Positions 19,351-22,611 of a DNA stretch of 22,611 bases are shown here, in pieces (the stretch's first letter is position 1; each line of letters starts with the position of its first letter). Below the pieces are notes generated by a model. The model did not search any database. It was not told the origin of the DNA and was given only the letters and a program-made list of their open reading frames with translations. The DNA comes from a virus. Taxonomy: Duplodnaviria; Heunggongvirae; Uroviricota; Caudoviricetes. Made by a program: the position numbers and the translations under genes. The stretch lies in IMG/VR virus record IMGVR_UViG_2687453449_000006, one strand, 5' to 3'.

Positions 19351-19386
19351 GTTCAAACTGGAGAGAATTGTACTACAGTTTGAACT
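19351..19386 (-). other. 10-bp perfect inverted repeat immediately upstream of the emrE ribosome-binding site
   Basis: GTTCAAACTG (19351-19360) ... CAGTTTGAAC (19377-19386) with a 16-nt spacer, in the 67-nt gap between ren and emrE. Confidence 0.35.
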
Positions 19387-19402
19387 CAACTCACCTGTTT
19401 CA

Positions 19403-19705
19403 TCATTGTGTTCCCATTGATGTTCTTTTATATACCCTCAGTACCCGTTTCATCGCGGCACTCTGGCGACACTCCTTAAAAATCAGATTCGTGCTCACCT
19501 TTCCTTCCCGTTCTTCTCTGGTAGCGAACCGGTAATACACCGTTCGCCAGACCTTACCATCAACGACCAGGATTCCTGCCCGCGCCATTTTAGCCGCAGC
19601 CTGATTTATGCTGGTTACGGTTGCACCTGTTACCGCGGCAACGTCCTGTGCACAGAAGCTCTTATGCGTCCCCAGGTAATGAATAATTGCCTCTTTGCCC
19701 GTCAT
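19403..19705 (-). CDS. renD: Ren-like protein (lambda Ren homolog, 100 aa)
   Basis: ATG at 19705; MTGKEAIIHYLGTHKSFCAQDVAAVTGATVTSINQAAAKMARAGILVVDGKVWRTVYYRFATREEREGK... matches lambda Ren as recalled; its start overlaps the end of the P fragment, as in lambda. Confidence 0.8.
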   Translation of the reverse strand: MTGKEAIIHYLGTHKSFCAQDVAAVTGATVTSINQAAAKMARAGILVVDGKVWRTVYYRFATREEREGKVSTNLIFKECRQSAAMKRVLRVYKRTSMGTQ

Positions 19706-19940
19706 ACACTTGATCCTTTCAGTCCGAACTTAGCTTTGATTTCTGCGATCTTCGCCAGAGCCTGTGCACGATTTAGAGGTCTACCGCCCATGACAGGAAG
19801 TTGTTTTACTGGTTCAGGTATCGCCTCACCACGGTTAATTCGCGCGGTCATACAGGACAGTTCATCGGCAGCCTTGCGCCGTAATTCCGCGTCAGTCAGC
19901 GCATTGGCCCGCATGTTCTGGTACAAGTTGGTAACCAACC
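19702..19940 (-). pseudogene. Replication protein P, C-terminal fragment only (~78 codons)
   Basis: ..TNLYQNMRANALTDAELRRKAADEL..TARINRGEAIPEPVKQLPVMGGRPLNRAQALAKIAEIKAKFGLKG..V matches the lambda P C-terminus as recalled; no ATG (the track start is a TTG); homology ends at about 19940. Confidence 0.75.
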
Positions 19941-19948
19941 AGTAAGCA

Positions 19949-20314
19949 ATGGGATATGCCTCTGGTTATGTCTGGTTGAATCCACCATACAGCAATATTT
20001 CCCCTTTTGTGAAAAAGGCAGCCACTGAAAACAAATTCAGCAGTGTGGGATGTGTAATGTTATTACCTGCTGACACATCTGTCGGATGGTTTCATGAAGC
20101 GATACAAACCGCCAGTGAGGTCAGATTCATCACGGCAGGACGACTGGCATTTATTAACCCACTCACCGGGAAACACGTCAGTGGAAATAATAAAGGCTCG
20201 ATGCTCATTATCTGGCACCCATACCCCCGTACACACTGCCACTTTACGACCGTTGATCGTGGAGAGTTGATGGCGTTCGGCTCAAGGATTCTTGCCCGTC
20301 GGGAGGCTGCATGA
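19949..20314 (+). pseudogene. Phage Dam-type DNA N6-adenine methyltransferase, C-terminal fragment (121 codons)
   Basis: GYVWLNPPYSNISPFVKKA... contains the (D/N)PPY catalytic motif at the extreme N-terminus of the frame, with an in-frame stop immediately upstream (19943-19945); the N-terminal AdoMet-binding region is missing. The frame begins with an ATG but is judged a 5'-truncated remnant. Confidence 0.55.
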
Positions 20315-20394
20315 CAACCACGGAATGCATTTTTCTGGCAGCGGGCTTCATATTCTGTGTGCTTATGCTTGCCGACATGGGACTTGTTCAATGA
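20311..20394 (+). CDS. Small hydrophobic peptide (27 aa), translationally coupled on both sides
   Basis: SD GGGAGG (20301-20306) then ATG at 20311, which overlaps the stop of the methyltransferase-fragment frame (ATGA); MTTTECIFLAAGFIFCVLMLADMGLVQ; its stop overlaps the next ATG (ATGA). Too short for the ORF track. Confidence 0.35.
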   Translation: MTTTECIFLAAGFIFCVLMLADMGLVQ

Positions 20395-20606
20395 CACCTC
20401 AGCAGGAAAACGCCCTTCGCAGCATAGCCCGTCAGGCTAATTCTGAAATCAAAAAAGCCAGACAGCAGTTTCCGGATAAAAACGTCGATGACATTTGCCG
20501 TAGCGTACTGAAGAAGCACCGCGAAACGGTAACGCTGATGGGATTCACACCGACTCATTTAAGCCTGGCGATCGGCATGTTAAACGGCGTCTTTAAGGAG
20601 CGATGA
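20391..20606 (+). CDS. Hypothetical protein (71 aa)
   Basis: ATG at 20391 (MTPQQENALRSIARQANSEIKKARQQFPDKNVDDICRSVLKKHRETVTLMGFTPTHLSLAIGMLNGVFKER); the track's longer version starts at a TTG at 20292. Confidence 0.5.
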   Translation: MTPQQENALRSIARQANSEIKKARQQFPDKNVDDICRSVLKKHRETVTLMGFTPTHLSLAIGMLNGVFKER

Positions 20607-20698
20607 ACATGAAAAGCAAAATCATCAGGGAGCTACAGGCTCCTTTTTTATTATTCGCATTCACCCTCAAGCGTATTAACCAACAATTCAGGGATTAA
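20603..20698 (+). CDS. Small ORF (31 aa) with a strong SD, translationally coupled to the upstream ORF
   Basis: TAAGGAG (20594-20600) then ATG at 20603 overlapping the upstream stop (ATGA); MNMKSKIIRELQAPFLLFAFTLKRINQQFRD. Confidence 0.35.
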   Translation: MNMKSKIIRELQAPFLLFAFTLKRINQQFRD

Positions 20699-20704
20699 TG
20701 GAAG

Positions 20705-20923
20705 ATGGCAGACATCATTGATTCAGCATCAGAAATCGAAGAATTACAGCGCAATACAGCAATAAAAATGCGTCGTCTGAACCACCAGGTTATATCTGCC
20801 ACTCATTGTTGTGAGTGTGGCGATCCCATAGATGAACGAAGACGCCTGGCCGTTCAGGGTTGTCGGACTTGTGCAAGCTGCCAGGAGGAGATCGAACTTA
20901 AGAACAAACAATGGGGATTGTGA
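20705..20923 (+). CDS. TraR/DksA-family C4 zinc-finger protein (72 aa)
   Basis: ATG at 20705; CxC-x17-CxxC (..SATHCCECGDPIDERRRLAVQGCRTCASCQEE..) characteristic of phage TraR-like proteins. Confidence 0.75.
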   Translation: MADIIDSASEIEELQRNTAIKMRRLNHQVISATHCCECGDPIDERRRLAVQGCRTCASCQEEIELKNKQWGL

Positions 20924-20970
20924 TGGCCTCAAAGCAGCAAATTTCAACATCGTCCAACTGAGGTGTAAAA

Positions 20971-21249
20971 ATGTTCAGAATCATTTTGCCTAACACCTGG
21001 TACGTCGACCACCACGGCACTCCCTGCAAAATCCTGCGTTCTACCCACAACAAAGTTCACTACATCCGAAAAGGCAGAACATGTATCGCCAGCATGTTCC
21101 GCTTTAATCATGACTTTGAACCTGTGAATAAAGCTGATGCAGATCGGATAGCAGAAGAGATCGAAACGGCAGAACACATTAAGAAGTTACGTGACATGCG
21201 TTCAAAAAGCAGAGGTAACCATGGAATCATACAGCCTCACACTCGATGA
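20971..21249 (+). CDS. Hypothetical protein (92 aa)
   Basis: ATG at 20971 preceded by GAGGTG; no recognisable motif; overlaps the start of the xis-like ORF by 29 nt. Confidence 0.5.
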   Translation: MFRIILPNTWYVDHHGTPCKILRSTHNKVHYIRKGRTCIASMFRFNHDFEPVNKADADRIAEEIETAEHIKKLRDMRSKSRGNHGIIQPHTR

Positions 21250-21592
21250 GGCCTGTCAGTTTCTTAAGATATCCAGACCAACCGCCACCAACTGGATACG
21301 AACAGGCCGCCTACAGGCAACACGTAAAGATCCAACCAAGCCAAAATCTCCTTACCTCACAACACGGCAAGCCTGCATTGCGGCGCTTCAGTCTCCGCTG
21401 CATACTGTCCAGGTGAGCGCGGGTGATGGCATAACAGAGGAAAGAAAATGTCACTCTTCCGCAGAAATGAAATATGGTATGCCTCGTATTCGCTCCCGGG
21501 CGGGAAACGAATTAAGGAATCTCTTGGCACAAAGGACAAGCGGCAAGCTCAGGAGTTGCACGACAAGCGAAAAGCAGAACTCTGGCGAGTAG
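21221..21592 (+). CDS. xisD: Excisionase-like HTH protein (Xis/AlpA family); 3' extent uncertain
   Basis: ATG at 21221 with SD GAGGT; N-terminal [29 protein letters not shown] typical of excisionase-family DNA-binding domains. The frame runs 124 codons and overlaps the int start by about 145 nt, which is long for an excisionase. Confidence 0.5.
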   Translation: MESYSLTLDEACQFLKISRPTATNWIRTGRLQATRKDPTKPKSPYLTTRQACIAALQSPLHTVQVSAGDGITEERKCHSSAEMKYGMPRIRSRAGNELRNLLAQRTSGKLRSCTTSEKQNSGE

Positions 21593-22611
21593 AAAAGCTA
21601 GGGGATTTACCTGATGTCACTTTTGAAGAGGCCTGCCTAAGATGGCTTGAGGAAAAAGCTGATAAAAAATCTCTCGATTCAGATAAAAGCCGGATTGAGT
21701 TCTGGCTTGAACATTTTGAGGGTATAAGGCTTAAAGATATCTCGGAGGCAAAGATTTACTCTGCTGTAAGCAGAATGCATAACAGAAAGACGAAAGAAAT
21801 ATGGAAACAGAAAGTTCAGGCCGCCATCAGGAAAGGTAAAGAACTGCCTGTTTATGAACCAAAGCCAGTACCAACTCAGACAAAGGCAAAGCATCTTGCC
21901 ATGATAAAGGCCATTCTCCGTGCTGCAGAACGCGACTGGAAGTGGCTGGAAAAAGCGCCTGTCATCAAGATACCAGCGGTCAGAAACAAGCGAGTCAGAT
22001 GGCTGGAAAAGGAGGAAGCAAAACGCCTTATTGATGAGTGCCCCGAACCACTGAAATCTGTCGTCAAGTTTGCGCTGGCAACTGGTCTGAGAAAGTCGAA
22101 CATCATAAATCTGGAATGGCAACAAATCGACATGCAGCGACGAGTTGCCTGGGTGAATCCAGAAGAGAGCAAATCAAACCGCGCCATTGGTGTGGCGCTG
22201 AACGATACCGCCTGTAAAGTGTTGCGTGATCAAATAGGCAAGCATCACAAATGGGTGTTTGTACATACCAAGGCGGCTAAGCGAGCAGATGGAACATCAA
22301 CGCCTGCGGTCAGGAAGATGCGCATCGACAGCAAGACATCATGGCTATCAGCTTGTCGTCGTGCAGGAATTGAAGATTTCCGTTTCCATGACCTCAGACA
22401 CACCTGGGCAAGCTGGCTGATTCAGTCAGGCGTCCCATTATCAGTGCTTCAGGAAATGGGCGGATGGGAGTCCATAGAAATGGTTCGTAGGTATGCTCAC
22501 CTTGCGCCTAATCATTTGACAGAGCATGCGAGGAAAATAGACGACATTTTTGGTGATAATGTCCCAAATATGTCCCACTCTGGAATTATGGAGGATATAA
22601 AGAAGGCGTAA
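21448..22611 (+). CDS. intD: Tyrosine-type site-specific integrase (387 aa), DLP12 IntD-like
   Basis: ATG at 21448 with SD AGAGGA; C-terminal catalytic region ...[42 protein letters not shown]... (R..HxxR..Y tyrosine-recombinase signature); the stop is at the window edge. Confidence 0.9.
   Translation: MSLFRRNEIWYASYSLPGGKRIKESLGTKDKRQAQELHDKRKAELWRVEKLGDLPDVTFEEACLRWLEEKADKKSLDSDKSRIEFWLEHFEGIRLKDISEAKIYSAVSRMHNRKTKEIWKQKVQAAIRKGKELPVYEPKPVPTQTKAKHLAMIKAILRAAERDWKWLEKAPVIKIPAVRNKRVRWLEKEEAKRLIDECPEPLKSVVKFALATGLRKSNIINLEWQQIDMQRRVAWVNPEESKSNRAIGVALNDTACKVLRDQIGKHHKWVFVHTKAAKRADGTSTPAVRKMRIDSKTSWLSACRRAGIEDFRFHDLRHTWASWLIQSGVPLSVLQEMGGWESIEMVRRYAHLAPNHLTEHARKIDDIFGDNVPNMSHSGIMEDIKKA

Noticed and set aside
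19351-19386. Possible guanidine-type riboswitch upstream of emrE
   Set aside because: SMR/Gdx transporters are riboswitch-controlled in some bacteria, but this hairpin has no ACGR loops or paired mini-ykkC hairpins; retained only as a generic structured leader.
21357-22187. Minus-strand ORFs at 21357-21539, 21679-22125 and 21876-22187
   Set aside because: Antisense to the integrase, whose tyrosine-recombinase motifs identify the true frame.
1-22611. CRISPR arrays, tRNA or rRNA genes
   Set aside because: No short-period direct repeats with unique spacers and no cloverleaf-capable tRNA-like sequence were seen; the argU tRNA expected next to the integrase would lie just beyond the right edge.

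Overview
The window reads as a DLP12-like defective lambdoid prophage of Escherichia coli, seen in reverse orientation, with the tyrosine integrase ending at the right edge (the argU attachment site would lie just beyond it) and a partial IS1 at the left edge. Right to left it contains: int/xis-like genes, a chain of small early-left ORFs including a TraR-like zinc finger, a Dam-type methyltransferase fragment abutting a replication-protein-P fragment, ren, emrE, an AT-rich island (ybcK serine recombinase, ybcL, ybcM), the nin region (ybcN, ninE, ybcO, rusA, ylcG, Q antiterminator), an intact nmpC porin antisense to the late operon, a phage-21-type lysis cassette, bor, ylcI, a lambda-type cos site, a truncated nu1 fused directly to the C-terminal 940 codons of tail-tip gene J, a side tail fiber with internal 189-bp tandem repeats followed by three tightly coupled small ORFs, appY and IS1. 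Two internal deletions (methyltransferase-to-P and nu1-to-J) explain why the element is defective. No tRNA, rRNA or CRISPR array was found. I did not find one clearly novel system; the best candidates for something undescribed are the three-gene cassette downstream of stf (at about 1960-3259) and the ATGA-coupled small-ORF chain (at about 19949-20923). All identifications are from reading the translations against recalled protein families, and the supplied ORF track marks GTG/TTG starts as M, so several starts were re-derived by hand.
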